Source: a virus. Taken from it: a DNA stretch of 64,000 bases. The stretch covers positions 1-64,000 of IMG/VR virus record IMGVR_UViG_3300031746_002125; one strand, given 5' to 3'. The notes below the pieces were generated by a model. It did not search any database, was not told the origin of the DNA, and was given only the letters and a program-made list of their open reading frames with translations. The translations under genes were made by a program, and so were the position numbers. This document shows positions 40,902 through 51,048 of the stretch, piece after piece (positions within the stretch are counted from its first letter, which is position 1; every line of letters begins with the position of its first letter).

Positions 40902-43382
40902 CTACCACCCTTTTATTTTTTTAATTTCTTTTATTATTGAAATCAAATGATCGCAAACTATTGATTTTTTACTAGCTTCAACACCATACCCAACAATATT
41001 TCCAGGAATCTTGCTTATTGGCAAGTTAGCCTTACACACAAAATTGAGTTCTTCAAGTGAAAGTTGTACTTGTTCTAATAGATCATTAAGAATCTCTGGT
41101 TGATGGTTTTGTGTTTTATAAATTGGAGCTTTAGCTTTCGTCATAAATTAATCTCACTTTCTTATGTTAATAACAGACTTTTCTTGGGGGTTAAAATATG
41201 TCGTTCGCCCAAAGCCTTTTCAGAAATTTGTTTCCACGCATCGTTGTCGGTATCAACCACACCAAAAGATTTAATATGTTTTGTATTAATAAATTCTTTT
41301 TGACAAACCAAATAAAGGGGATTCATATCTTTTAATTGAGCAGCCGCCAAACCATCTTTACCACCTTCTCCTTTATGGGGGAATAAAACTAAAGATCTTT
41401 CTACGGGAATTATAGCATCGACAGTTATTAATTCTCTAAAATCATCCGGAGATTTATCAATCTCAAAAAATTTACTATCACCATCTTTGAAATCTACCCT
41501 ATACCAACTCATATTTTTCCTTTCTATTATTTCACTATTTCCAAACACTGAACCACATTATGACCAGACAAATCTTTTATATCACTCGTGTCGGGATCTA
41601 AAATCTTTTTTTTCTTTGCGTCATATACGATTGCATGAACATTACATTTTGGTCCTAAATTAAGATCTATTTTCGCAACAATTAAAATAGAATTATTTTT
41701 TAAATCTTTAAGCCTATTAAATTTTATAAATCTTGATTTAATATTAAATTCGTCATCTAAAAATCTTTTTATTGAATGTGATTCGTTTCTAAAATTAGGT
41801 GAACCTATTGTAAAACGAGCCATTTCCTTTACGTGTTCATAACATGTTCCGCCGACCATAGCCACACAAGCAACACTACACCCGTCTCCGTCCAATTGTT
41901 TAACTAAATTCATAGAAAAATCTCTCTATCTTAAACAAACATATCTTATCAACAAACCGACATATTCGAACTTTTTTAATTTTATCTTGCCGAAACAATA
42001 ATTTATACGCTGTCCAGAAAGCCATAAAAAGAAAATAATGTTCAGATAAAATTACGTAATCCCGTAACGGTTCTCCATAAGAACAACCTTCTATTGGATA
42101 TTGTACATTATATTTTTTCATTTATGCATCCCTAATTTTTTGAGTATCCATATCTTCCCATATATCTGGATATTGCCAATCTATTATTTGGTTCTGCCAA
42201 TCACGAGCAAATTTAGCAGCCAACGCATAATGTTGTCCATCGTCTAAATATATGTCTCCTGATTTGGGATCTGTTTCAAAACCACACAGAGCAACAGTTT
42301 TATCATTAACTTTACGAATCCTTATACTCATTTATTTATTGTCCATTAAAAATCTATGTACACCAACGGCACGGTCTAGATTAGTATTGTGTTCATCTAA
42401 AATTCCACATATTTGTCCAGCGGTTGGAATTTGTTTTTCAATAAAATCAGCAGCTTCATTCATTAATTTTTGAGTAGCTGTTTGATAAAATTCTAAATCT
42501 CCACCCTGAAAAGTAACATTAGACCAACGACGAAGCCTTTGGGACAAAGCTAACTTTTGTCCCTTTTTATTATCAAAGTCATCCTCTTTTACGTTAGCTA
42601 TAAATATTCCTTTATCCACGACCAGTACACCCTGGACAACAACAAGTAGGTTTTTCTGCTTGCATTTCTTCTATTAATTCTTTTAAAGACGATCTTACTT
42701 TTCCATTATAGGATTTGTCTGCTACTGATTCTAATACTTTAATAATACCATATTCTCCGATTATTGTTGACAATAATCTATCACACAAATCATCCATTCA
42801 TCTTCTCCATAAATTGTTGTGCAAATTCTTCCGATGCGGTGTCCGCATCAAATTTATCAAATGGTTTTTCGAAAAAATTGTTGTCTAATAAATAGCTTGT
42901 TAAATATTCTTTTAATTGTGTCTGCAATTCCTCTTGTGAAAAGAAGGTCATAACATCTGTCTTGGCTATAGTTATACGTAAACAATCCTTATAAATATGA
43001 AATTCTGGATGACTTTCTGGTAATTCGAAGAACATTATTCCACACGGAGTAGAACAATTTTTACAGCCGGGATATTTTTGAACAATATACCATCTTTTTT
43101 CAGTTCCAATATTTGGAGCGCGTAATTTAAAAAATTCACCACTTAATAAACAACCACATTCACACATTATAATACCTCGGACGGACGAAAAATCCCGGTG
43201 TTTCCTGGGGTTATCATCTTAAACCAACGCCCAGGGTAAATCCTATTATCTATATCCACATCTCCAACTATACAACCACAATTTTTGCACCATCTTACTG
43301 TATAGTCTTCGTCATAGCTCTGACGAAAACGAGCTATAACTATTAAATCATGATTTTTTGAATTACACATTTTCAACTCCAC
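40902..43382 (-). other. Cluster of small hypothetical CDSs, including a peptidase-C39-like ORF 41527-41913
   Basis: Coupled ORFs; 41527 has Q..DGCSVAC..HAIVYD..ILDP. Confidence 0.6.
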
Positions 43383-43734
43383 TTTTCATTACCCTGTAGG
43401 TATCTTCGTCTTTGTGGGTAGTTGAAACTTCTAAAAACACAACATTTAAACAATTTGGATTATAAAAACTATGAGCCTGACAAGGAAGTATCGTCACCGA
43501 CTCTCCCTTAATTAAAATATCCGTTACTTTAGTTCCATCTTTCTCGAACCTATCGAGATGAAGTTCGCCACTTAAAATAAAGAATGTTTCTTGTTTATCT
43601 CTGTGCCATTGAAGTGACAACCTACTTTCTGGAACAAGTGTCATTATCTTGGCACAATATTTATCATTGTTAACGATGATTTCTTCTGTTCCCCAGTTCT
43701 TTTTAACAAGAATAGTTTTTTCAATTTTGTTCAT
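43363..43734 (-). CDS. Cupin (mannose-6-phosphate isomerase-like)
   Basis: KNWG.E..YCAK..SLQWH..K.ETF..G..H.F..EVST.H..ED.YR. Confidence 0.8.
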   Translation of the reverse strand: MNKIEKTILVKKNWGTEEIIVNNDKYCAKIMTLVPESRLSLQWHRDKQETFFILSGELHLDRFEKDGTKVTDILIKGESVTILPCQAHSFYNPNCLNVVFLEVSTTHKDEDTYRVMKSGVENV

Positions 43735-46013
43735 TTCTACTCGATTCAAGAACCGCGACATCGGGTTCCATTAAAACCATAGAGCCACTTATAAAATCGA
43801 ACAACAATCCGTCGCGTAGTCTTACTGCATAAATTGTCGAACGAGACTTTAAAACATCATAAAACGAAGTATTTATTCTGATATACAATTCGTTATTAAG
43901 CCAAAAGCATTCTCCTCGCTTGATACTACTTAATAATAATTCATTATGATTTTTAGGAACATAAACTTTCATTTAAAATATTCTCCAAATCTTTTAATTC
44001 TTGGCTATAGTTTGGGCCAGTATAAATAAAACCGTGAGAGGCGGCAATACTCCATATAGTCGCGTATCGTGGATCATTTTCAACCAATTTTAATTTATCA
44101 ACCAAAGCCTTCGCCGCATCTTTTAATTTCATGCTATACTCTGTTATCATAACACCTCTTTTCATTCGTCTTACATCGTTCCAGGCCGCATCGGAAGGTA
44201 CTTCTACGGGAGGAGTAACGTGTTGAAAATAAAATTTAGTTTCTTTTGGAGGAACAACGCCAACAGTATTTTTGGGACCACAATTTGGACGTGGTTTAAC
44301 ATTCTCTGTTTGCATTTTTTGCTCGGCTTTATCCATAGCTTTTCCAAGAGTCTCTCTAAATGAACATCGTACACAATGTTTCGAAGACCACGCTTTCCCA
44401 CATTTGGAGCATGGAAGATTATCTTCGACTGGAATTCTTAAAGCCCAATATCCATTTGGCCGACACACCCATTCACCAAAATCAATTGATTTCCCTTTAC
44501 TATCTTCTACTTCTAAAAATCGTCCACTTTGATGAGAGGGGGGACCATCGAAAACAATATCTATATAATCACTCATTTTTATCTCTCTAAAAAATCAATC
44601 CATATTGCCACCAACAAAGCCAATGGCCCCCAAAACAAAAATTCAAACCAAGAAATATATCTACCTTTTGGAAAACATTTTATTTGTATTAAACCACCAC
44701 AAACCCCACATAAAATCCATGTAATAAGAAACAAACAAAAATAGATAAACATTTATTCTCCCCTAATAACTCCTTGGTCCCATATCAACCACGCCTCGTC
44801 CAGAGTTTTCGCTTTTACAAACACACTAATAACCTCACAACAACCACCAAGGTTTTCACAAATGAGAAACCAACCATCTCTACAATTAATATTCTTATTT
44901 GAAAACTCTACTTTTTCAAGCCTAAATTGACTTCCACAAGGGCACGGTCGATGTAACATTTTAGGTTTTTTATATTCTACGGTTTTACCTATTGACCCAA
45001 ATATCTTCCTGTTATTATTAAAAACAGCCAAAATTGCATCAGCGGCTTTGATAGGCCAAATAGTTCCTTCTTTTGGGGGTATGACAGAATTTATAATTTT
45101 TATCAATCTTTCTCTATTTGGCAATTTAACAGATTTTATAATATCGTCAGCAAACTCGTTTAATAAATAGTCTTCTATATCAGAAACAACACGAGGAAGT
45201 TCTTTTAATTGAACTTTTCTCCATGTTCGTTGAATACTCTTCACTATTGCGTCACGCATTTTTCTTTTCCCTTTTTATGAATTCTTTTATATCTGTTATA
45301 CCAAACCATCTCCCACCCTTTTCGTCAGAAATAAATGGCATACGATATAAATCCTTCGTGAACAATGGACAAATAATAAATTTAATTTGAGTATCTGGAA
45401 TATTTTTAATCATTTCTTCAGCGATTAAATTATTAGAATCGTTTGGAATACAATACATAGTAATTTTTTTCATTATTTCCTCTTCTTTCCACTTGTTTCC
45501 CTGACCATTAAAACGAGCCGATCTTTAATTAATTCTTTTACATCCTCTTCTGTTGCATCAATCAATAGTCTACAATGGGTAAAATTTAATTCCACTAAAT
45601 CTGGGGAAATATTATATTTTACAAGAAGTTCTTGTGCATATTTTTCGAATTTAATTTTATTTAAATACTTAAAACTTATTTCTACCATTTATTTACTCAC
45701 AACTAAACTAAATTAGCCCGACACAAAAGTATTTTCATATTAAATCTTTATAAATAAAATTTACAACGAATCTGTCGTTTTTGCTTCTACACATAGCTAA
45801 TGCGGCGTCCTTTTCGTATCCAAATGTTTTCTGGCCAACATTTCCCACGGAGTAATAGACTCTGCAAGGGCGTAAATCTTTTGTAGCTCTTTTACTCTTT
45901 CCTTTATTTTTTCTTCGGCTTTCATAATCAATTATACGATTAATTGGGTGATTATTTTTATATTTATTGAAATAGTAGATATCGGACCTTAATTTATTGA
46001 AACGTGTTTCCAT
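43721..46013 (-). other. Cluster of small hypothetical CDSs (43721-43972, 43953-44576, 44753-45259, 45252-45473, 45473-45688, 45735-46013)
   Basis: Coupled minus-strand ORFs; 43721 resembles 61223-61453 (I..G.CF..E.Y.R..VRL.DG). Confidence 0.6.
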
Positions 46014-46522
46014 CTTTCTCTGTTTTTGATTTTTGAAATTGTTTGGGGTACTACTTTAAAAATATTACTAATTTCTTTTTGGGTTAAATATCCGTCTTCT
46101 AACAATCTATTAATTACTCTAATTTTCCAATCATTTAATTTTGCTCCGGGATTTTCTTCTCCAATTTTATAAAGCCAAATAGGGTCTTGAATACATCTCC
46201 CGTGCTTAACCATGTCCTTTTGATTGTTCTTATGGGTATCACATCTTAGATTTTCAATTAAATTATTTTTAGGGTTTCCATCGTTGTGACATATTTCCAT
46301 TCCTTGCGGGCAAGGATCGAAAAAGGATTCAAACATCAATCTATGTAGAAGAAAATTTCTTCCCCTATCATTATTATATAATCTGACATATAAATACCCG
46401 CCGCTTCCTATATATGGTTTAATAATTCTTTTTCTTGGGCTTTTCTTCCCTGCTATTCCTTTTACAAGAGAAGTCTCTGAAATTTGATATAGTCCTTCGT
46501 AGCCTGGAATATCTTTCCACAT
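45989..46522 (-). CDS. NUMOD4-HNH homing endonuclease
   Basis: WKDIPGYEGLYQIS; CHNDGNPKNNLIENL. Confidence 0.9.
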   Translation of the reverse strand: MWKDIPGYEGLYQISETSLVKGIAGKKSPRKRIIKPYIGSGGYLYVRLYNNDRGRNFLLHRLMFESFFDPCPQGMEICHNDGNPKNNLIENLRCDTHKNNQKDMVKHGRCIQDPIWLYKIGEENPGAKLNDWKIRVINRLLEDGYLTQKEISNIFKVVPQTISKIKNRERWKHVSIN

Positions 46523-46645
46523 ATCTAATTATACGAATAAACGAGTAATTATTTTGAGAAAAGAGGGTGAATAGTGTGGTTCAAAGAATCTTGATTTATA
46601 CTTTGAAGACGATTTGATATCCGGCTTAGTCTTCGCCCCCAGCAG

Positions 46646-46896
46646 TTTTCGGACCATAGGCTTCGAATTATCGGACGGCATATAACTACCACACCCTTAT
46701 CGGACCTAATTGGCCAGACGCCAATTATAGGACCGCCCATTATCGGACGAGCATATAGAGAAGGTTATCGGGCTTATACTTATAGGACGTGGACGCGGGG
46801 AGGGAAAAAGATTATGGGAGCACGGGATATAGGACTATACATTATGGGACGATGTGCCGCTCGTGCCGATGCCAAAAACATGCTCGGTTATCGGAC
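46646..46896 (+). repeat. Array of 9-mer TTATCGGAC-type direct repeats
   Basis: Copies at 46646, 46668, 46697, 46725, 46740, 46765, 46780, 46812, 46827, 46842, 46888. Confidence 0.9.
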
Positions 46897-46918
46897 GATA
46901 AAAATTTTTTATTTTCGT

Positions 46919-46946
46919 TTGCTTACCTGCGATTCTATTCTACAAT
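46919..46946 (+). promoter_or_regulatory. Sigma70-type promoter
   Basis: TTGCTT-16-TACAAT with an AT-rich UP element. Confidence 0.6.
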
Positions 46947-47214
46947 TAGGTTGGCAATAGGGCCGACAAGGAGAAGAAAATGGTACTAGGAATAACAATC
47001 GGAACGGGCGCGGTGGTGATGATGGTGATTATGATGATTAAGACCAGCTTAGAAAATGCTGGCAACACCTACGGGCGGCGGAGCGTTTGCGGACGTTCGG
47101 CTCGGTGGAACAGGAGGGTGCGATAATGTTTACAATGATCGGACTAGGATTTCTCATGGTGGTTATCGGAGCGGTGAAGGTGTGGTGGGAATTATCGGAA
47201 TAAAGGAGAGCTTT

Positions 47215-47370
47215 ATGTGGACGCTAGTTATCTGGACATCGCCGAACGACAGCGCATCCTACGATTATCGGACGAGAATGGAAGCGTTGGCTATCGGACG
47301 TAATTGCATCGACGCCTATGCAGTTGAATTATACGGACCTGACGGCGAGTATGAAGGATTTTCGGACTAG
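47215..47370 (+). CDS. Small early protein
   Basis: AAGGAG RBS; MWTLVIWTSP; preceded by two short hydrophobic ORFs. Confidence 0.6.
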   Translation: MWTLVIWTSPNDSASYDYRTRMEALAIGRNCIDAYAVELYGPDGEYEGFSD

Positions 47371-47381
47371 GAGGTGCTGTG

Positions 47382-47621
47382 ATGATGAAAGCAACACTTG
47401 AAGTTTTCTGGCCAAGCGACCCAACATTTTCGGACGCTGACAAGGTTTCGCGGTACGATAATCTTTGGGACGATTGTGTGATGATAGACGCGAGAATAGC
47501 AGCCCTTTGTGGTGGACACGCCATCGCGACACTATCGGACGGCTACCGGGTCGAATACATCTCGGACGATTGCGAGCCGACTGGTTATCGGACTAAAGGC
47601 GTACCATGTGAAACGGTCTGA
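47382..47621 (+). CDS. Small early protein
   Basis: AGGAGGT RBS; followed by a terminator. Confidence 0.7.
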   Translation: MMKATLEVFWPSDPTFSDADKVSRYDNLWDDCVMIDARIAALCGGHAIATLSDGYRVEYISDDCEPTGYRTKGVPCETV

Positions 47622-47638
47622 TTATCGGACGAAGGACC

Positions 47639-47663
47639 GGGCCGAATTATCGGCCCTTCTTTT
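47639..47663 (+). terminator. Intrinsic terminator
   Basis: GGGCCGA-ATTA-TCGGCCC-TTCTTTT. Confidence 0.8.
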
Positions 47664-47677
47664 GCGCTGATCGGTTT

Positions 47678-47868
47678 GGTCCTATAAAAATCACTGCTTG
47701 TAAAATCGTAACTTAACTGCGAATTATGGGACCAGGCATATATTACTTCGTTTATGTGCGTTTCCTGCGGGATGTTATCGAATCATGCAAATAATATCGA
47801 AGAATTCCTATAATAATTGAGACATTATCATTAAAAATCAACATTTTATTGGCCTATCCTCGTATAAT
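47678..47868 (+). repeat. ~190-bp degenerate non-coding repeat, copy 1 (others ~49074-49276, ~49824-50030)
   Basis: Shared blocks GGTCCTATAA, AAATCGTAA..AACTGC, TATATTA(A)CTTCG, AATAAT, ATAATAA..ACAT. Confidence 0.85.
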
Positions 47869-47873
47869 ATATT

Positions 47874-48389
47874 ATGGGAACTATCCGGGAAATAAAGGTT
47901 ACAGGACGTAATTATGAATTATCGGTCCTTGTCGATGAAGAAGATTATCAGACGTTAAGGTTATGGGAATATGGTTTGTCCAGAATTATAGGACTTGATA
48001 CAACCTACATACAGACTTATAAAAAGGGCAAAAGGGGTTATCTCCATCGTCTTATTATGGGGGTTTCGGACGCGACAACGTCCATTTTCGTAGATCATAT
48101 TGACCATAATGGGCTTAATAATTCTAGGACCAACCTACGTATTACCAATAATAAGGGTAATCAGCGCAATTCGCGCAAACGATTATCGACAAAACGAACA
48201 AGCTCCTATAAAGGAGTTTATTTTTCTCACAATAATAAGATGAACCCCTGGTTAGCATCCATTCATCTATCGGACAGTAGAACACATCTGGGATATTATA
48301 GGACCGAAATAGAAGCGGCTCACGCCTATAATAAGGCCGCTATCGAGCATTTCGGCGACATGGCCAACCCGAACATTCTCGGACCATAA
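47874..48389 (+). CDS. HNH-AP2 homing endonuclease
   Basis: YLHRLIMG..VDHIDHNGLNNSRTNLR; SSYKGV..W.A.I..LG..EAA.AYNKAA. Confidence 0.9.
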   Translation: MGTIREIKVTGRNYELSVLVDEEDYQTLRLWEYGLSRIIGLDTTYIQTYKKGKRGYLHRLIMGVSDATTSIFVDHIDHNGLNNSRTNLRITNNKGNQRNSRKRLSTKRTSSYKGVYFSHNNKMNPWLASIHLSDSRTHLGYYRTEIEAAHAYNKAAIEHFGDMANPNILGP

Positions 48390-48417
48390 AATTTTTCAGA
48401 TTTTTATTATTTGGACC

Positions 48418-48446
48418 TTGACTTTTGTATGGTTCCCGCCTATACT
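48418..48446 (+). promoter_or_regulatory. Sigma70-type promoter
   Basis: TTGACT-17-TATACT. Confidence 0.85.
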
Positions 48447-48501
48447 CCTACAGTAGTACGGGACAACGAAATGATGTTTTTTTCGGACGGGGGAAAGGGC
48501 G

Positions 48502-48807
48502 ATGAAAAGGCCGCTATTATCAGACGACATGGTGGATATGAAGTTAGCTAGTCTGGAAAAATTGCAGTATCGCTTGGAATTAACGGGGCCGATAATGTTC
48601 TGGAAAGCAGAAGTGATCGGACCATTCGGCTCGGAGTTTTTCGGACGGTCCAGTAACGGGCCAACGACCGATAAAGCTATCGAGCGACTTAAATTGCAGC
48701 TTGAACGAATCGGGTTTATCGGACTACTGATTGAAAGCCCGATAATCGGAAAAGATTATTCGGACGACGATCTGTTATCGGACGAAGAAGTCCCTGACGA
48801 GTTATAG
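48502..48807 (+). CDS. Small early protein
   Basis: ORF downstream of the promoter; acidic tail. Confidence 0.65.
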   Translation: MKRPLLSDDMVDMKLASLEKLQYRLELTGPIMFWKAEVIGPFGSEFFGRSSNGPTTDKAIERLKLQLERIGFIGLLIESPIIGKDYSDDDLLSDEEVPDEL

Positions 48808-48826
48808 GACGATAAGGGGGTGTAAA

Positions 48827-49027
48827 GTGTTGCTGAAAAAAAGAACGTATTTCTTGACGAATGTTATCGGCGAATCTTGTTTGGTCCGAGTATTCGTTGC
48901 GACGGCAAACGCAAACATCGTCTTTATGGGACGCCAGAATTTCCTTCCGATAAGACGTGCCTTTTCCGAGCAAGGGGAAACGACATTAGCGGACGATGAC
49001 GAGGGCGAAGAGTGGAAAGACCGATAA
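48827..49027 (+). CDS. Small early protein
   Basis: AAGGGGG RBS; ends DDDEGEEWKDR. Confidence 0.6.
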   Translation: MLLKKRTYFLTNVIGESCLVRVFVATANANIVFMGRQNFLPIRRAFSEQGETTLADDDEGEEWKDR

Positions 49028-49300
49028 ACTAGCGGGACAAAGAAGTTATAGGACTAGGGAACCGATCGGCCTTGGTCCTATAATTTGCGCCTACGGCACA
49101 GTTATAGGACTCCCTTATAATGTTAAAATCGTAATTAAACTGCTTTTTATAGGACGTGGCATATATTACTTCGCCTGCGAGCGTTTCCTTCGGGACATTC
49201 TAGGATCATGCCAATAATAACGAAACTGCCCATAATAATAAAGACATGCCGATTGAAAAACGATATATTATCAGACTAAAAGATTTTCTTGTCGGGCGAC

Positions 49301-49329
49301 TTGACTTCGGCGGTCGGCTTGCATATAAT
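49301..49329 (+). promoter_or_regulatory. Sigma70-type promoter
   Basis: TTGACT-17-TATAAT. Confidence 0.9.
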
Positions 49330-49402
49330 TCAATATGACCGAACGCGATAGCCTATAGTGTTATGGGCGAGCGTAAAGTCGATCCATTATAGGAGCTCCA
49401 AT

Positions 49403-49735
49403 ATGTCGGCAACCGCAGTAGTTTCAAGCCCAGTAACCACCAGCAAAGTTCACGAAAAGGAATTTTTGACGACCGCGCAGGACTACGCGCGTGACCGCAA
49501 GGGCATAGATTGGCTATCGTCCCAACCCAACCCAGACGAGGCTATCGACCGCGTTATGAAGGTTATTGGCCGCCTTCAGAATATGGTTGCCAACGGTTCG
49601 GACTATACTCCAGCCGCGCAGCTCGGCTTCGGGTCCGCTAACGCCTCAACCATCGCGTCCGGTATTCTCGGCGCAGGCTTGACGGGTTCGCAGATTCGCA
49701 AGCTGTTCGCAACCGTAGGCAAGCCGAAGGCATAA
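49403..49735 (+). CDS. Monocistronic GC-rich early protein (110 aa)
   Basis: Own promoter, AGGAG RBS, own terminator. Confidence 0.8.
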   Translation: MSATAVVSSPVTTSKVHEKEFLTTAQDYARDRKGIDWLSSQPNPDEAIDRVMKVIGRLQNMVANGSDYTPAAQLGFGSANASTIASGILGAGLTGSQIRKLFATVGKPKA

Positions 49736-49769
49736 TTTTCGGACCTCGACGACTTATCGAGGAACGAAT

Positions 49770-49808
49770 TATCGGACGGGAGACGCGGGTTTCTCGTCCG
49801 ATATTTTT
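49770..49808 (+). terminator. Intrinsic terminator
   Basis: TATCGGACGGGAGAC-GCGG-GTTTCTCGTCCGATA-TTTTT. Confidence 0.85.
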
Positions 49809-50030
49809 GCGCGGATTTATATGGTCCTATAATTTTCACTGCATGGTAAATCGTAAAATAACTGCAATTATAGGACGTGGATTATATTAACTTCGTTTGT
49901 GCAAGATTTTCTAAGACATTCTCGGATAATACCAATAATATCAACTATGCCTATAATAAAGAGAACATATCGATTGAATAAATAGATATTATAGGAATCC
50001 CATAATTTTTATTGGGTTCGGACGTATAAT

Positions 50031-50129
50031 TATAGGACCGAAGAAGAAGCGGCAACAGCCTATAATAAAGCAGCTATCGAATTATTCGGACCTATTGCCT
50101 TCCTCAATATATTACCGGACCAAAAATAA
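50031..50129 (+). pseudogene. 3' remnant of an HNH-AP2 gene
   Basis: Translates YRTEEEAATAYNKAAIELFGPIAFLNILPDQK*, versus YRTEIEAAHAYNKAAIEHFGDMANPNILGP in 47874; no start codon. Confidence 0.85.
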
Positions 50130-50155
50130 TTTTTTTGATTTCTGGTTATAAGACC

Positions 50156-50184
50156 TTGACATTTCGGTTCTGCAAGCATATAAT
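50156..50184 (+). promoter_or_regulatory. Consensus sigma70 promoter
   Basis: TTGACA-17-TATAAT. Confidence 0.9.
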
Positions 50185-50391
50185 ATAATAGTATTTTCGG
50201 ACAAAAGAAGGTTGATCTGGACGAGTTTTCGGACGACGGGAAGATGGGCGATATGCGCACTTTTTCTTCTTATAGGACTAATTATTAGGACTACGATTTT
50301 ATCGGAGGTTCCATATAATTTCTGTCTTGGCATCGTATTATTCAAAGACTTATCGGGTGGTGCCAATAATCATTTTATTTTACCCAAAGGC

Positions 50392-50420
50392 TTGACTATC
50401 GTTGACTACGAGCATATAAT
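50392..50420 (+). promoter_or_regulatory. Sigma70 promoter of the ncRNA candidate
   Basis: TTGACT-17-TATAAT. Confidence 0.9.
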
Positions 50421-50424
50421 TAGA

Positions 50425-51048
50425 TAGCCGAATGCGCAGCGACCCGATAACTTCGGGAACGGTCGATAATTCGACCCGATATAGGCTTATTATATGCCAT
50501 AAGCCCGCACGGTTCGGTTAGTCTGATAAGGGCGAGTAGCGCAAGGTAAAGTAGTTCTTTACTTGAAGCGCCAGCGAAGGGTTTTGTTATCGGCCCTGAC
50601 TTCGGGCAATGCCCGATAAAAGGTTCTCATTCGGACGGGAGCGTCCGATAAGGACGGAAGCCCGATAATAAGTCCGCGCTATCTAGGGCGCACTCCCTAG
50701 TGAGAGTCCGATAAGTTGTTCGGACAAGGGCGCAAGTCCCCTAGTCAGTCCCATAATCAATTCATGGAAGTCTCCCGACAAGAGCAGAATTAAAGTGGGG
50801 TCTCAACTGGTTATCGGCGGCGCGTCTGTCAACCCGAATAACTTGGGCGATAACTAAGTTCTTATCGGTCCAACGGATTCTCGAAGTATTATTGAAGCGA
50901 TACTCCTTCCATTGAAGCTATGGTCAAGTCTTGTGCAACGATTCGCTCGCGTAATTATCGGGTCTTGTAAGCAAGTCAAAGCTTACTTCGGTCTATTGTC
51001 GAGCGATAGTGTGAGACTTCAATCGCTGGTGGATGCCGCTTTCGGCTA
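50425..51048 (+). ncRNA. Large structured ncRNA candidate (~620 nt), family unassigned
   Basis: Starts 4-5 nt after the -10 box; no ORF of 60 aa or more; GC-enriched; complementary ends; >10 hairpins and long-range helices. Confidence 0.75.

Noticed and set aside
46646-46896. CRISPR or TIGR-like guide array
   Set aside because: Repeat is only 9 nt, spacing varies from 15 to 46 bp, copies continue into coding DNA, and no Cas or Nop-domain gene is visible.
50425-51048. RNase P RNA or tmRNA identity for the large ncRNA
   Set aside because: No GAGGAAAGUCC/P4 consensus and no tRNA-Ala-like ends with a T arm.
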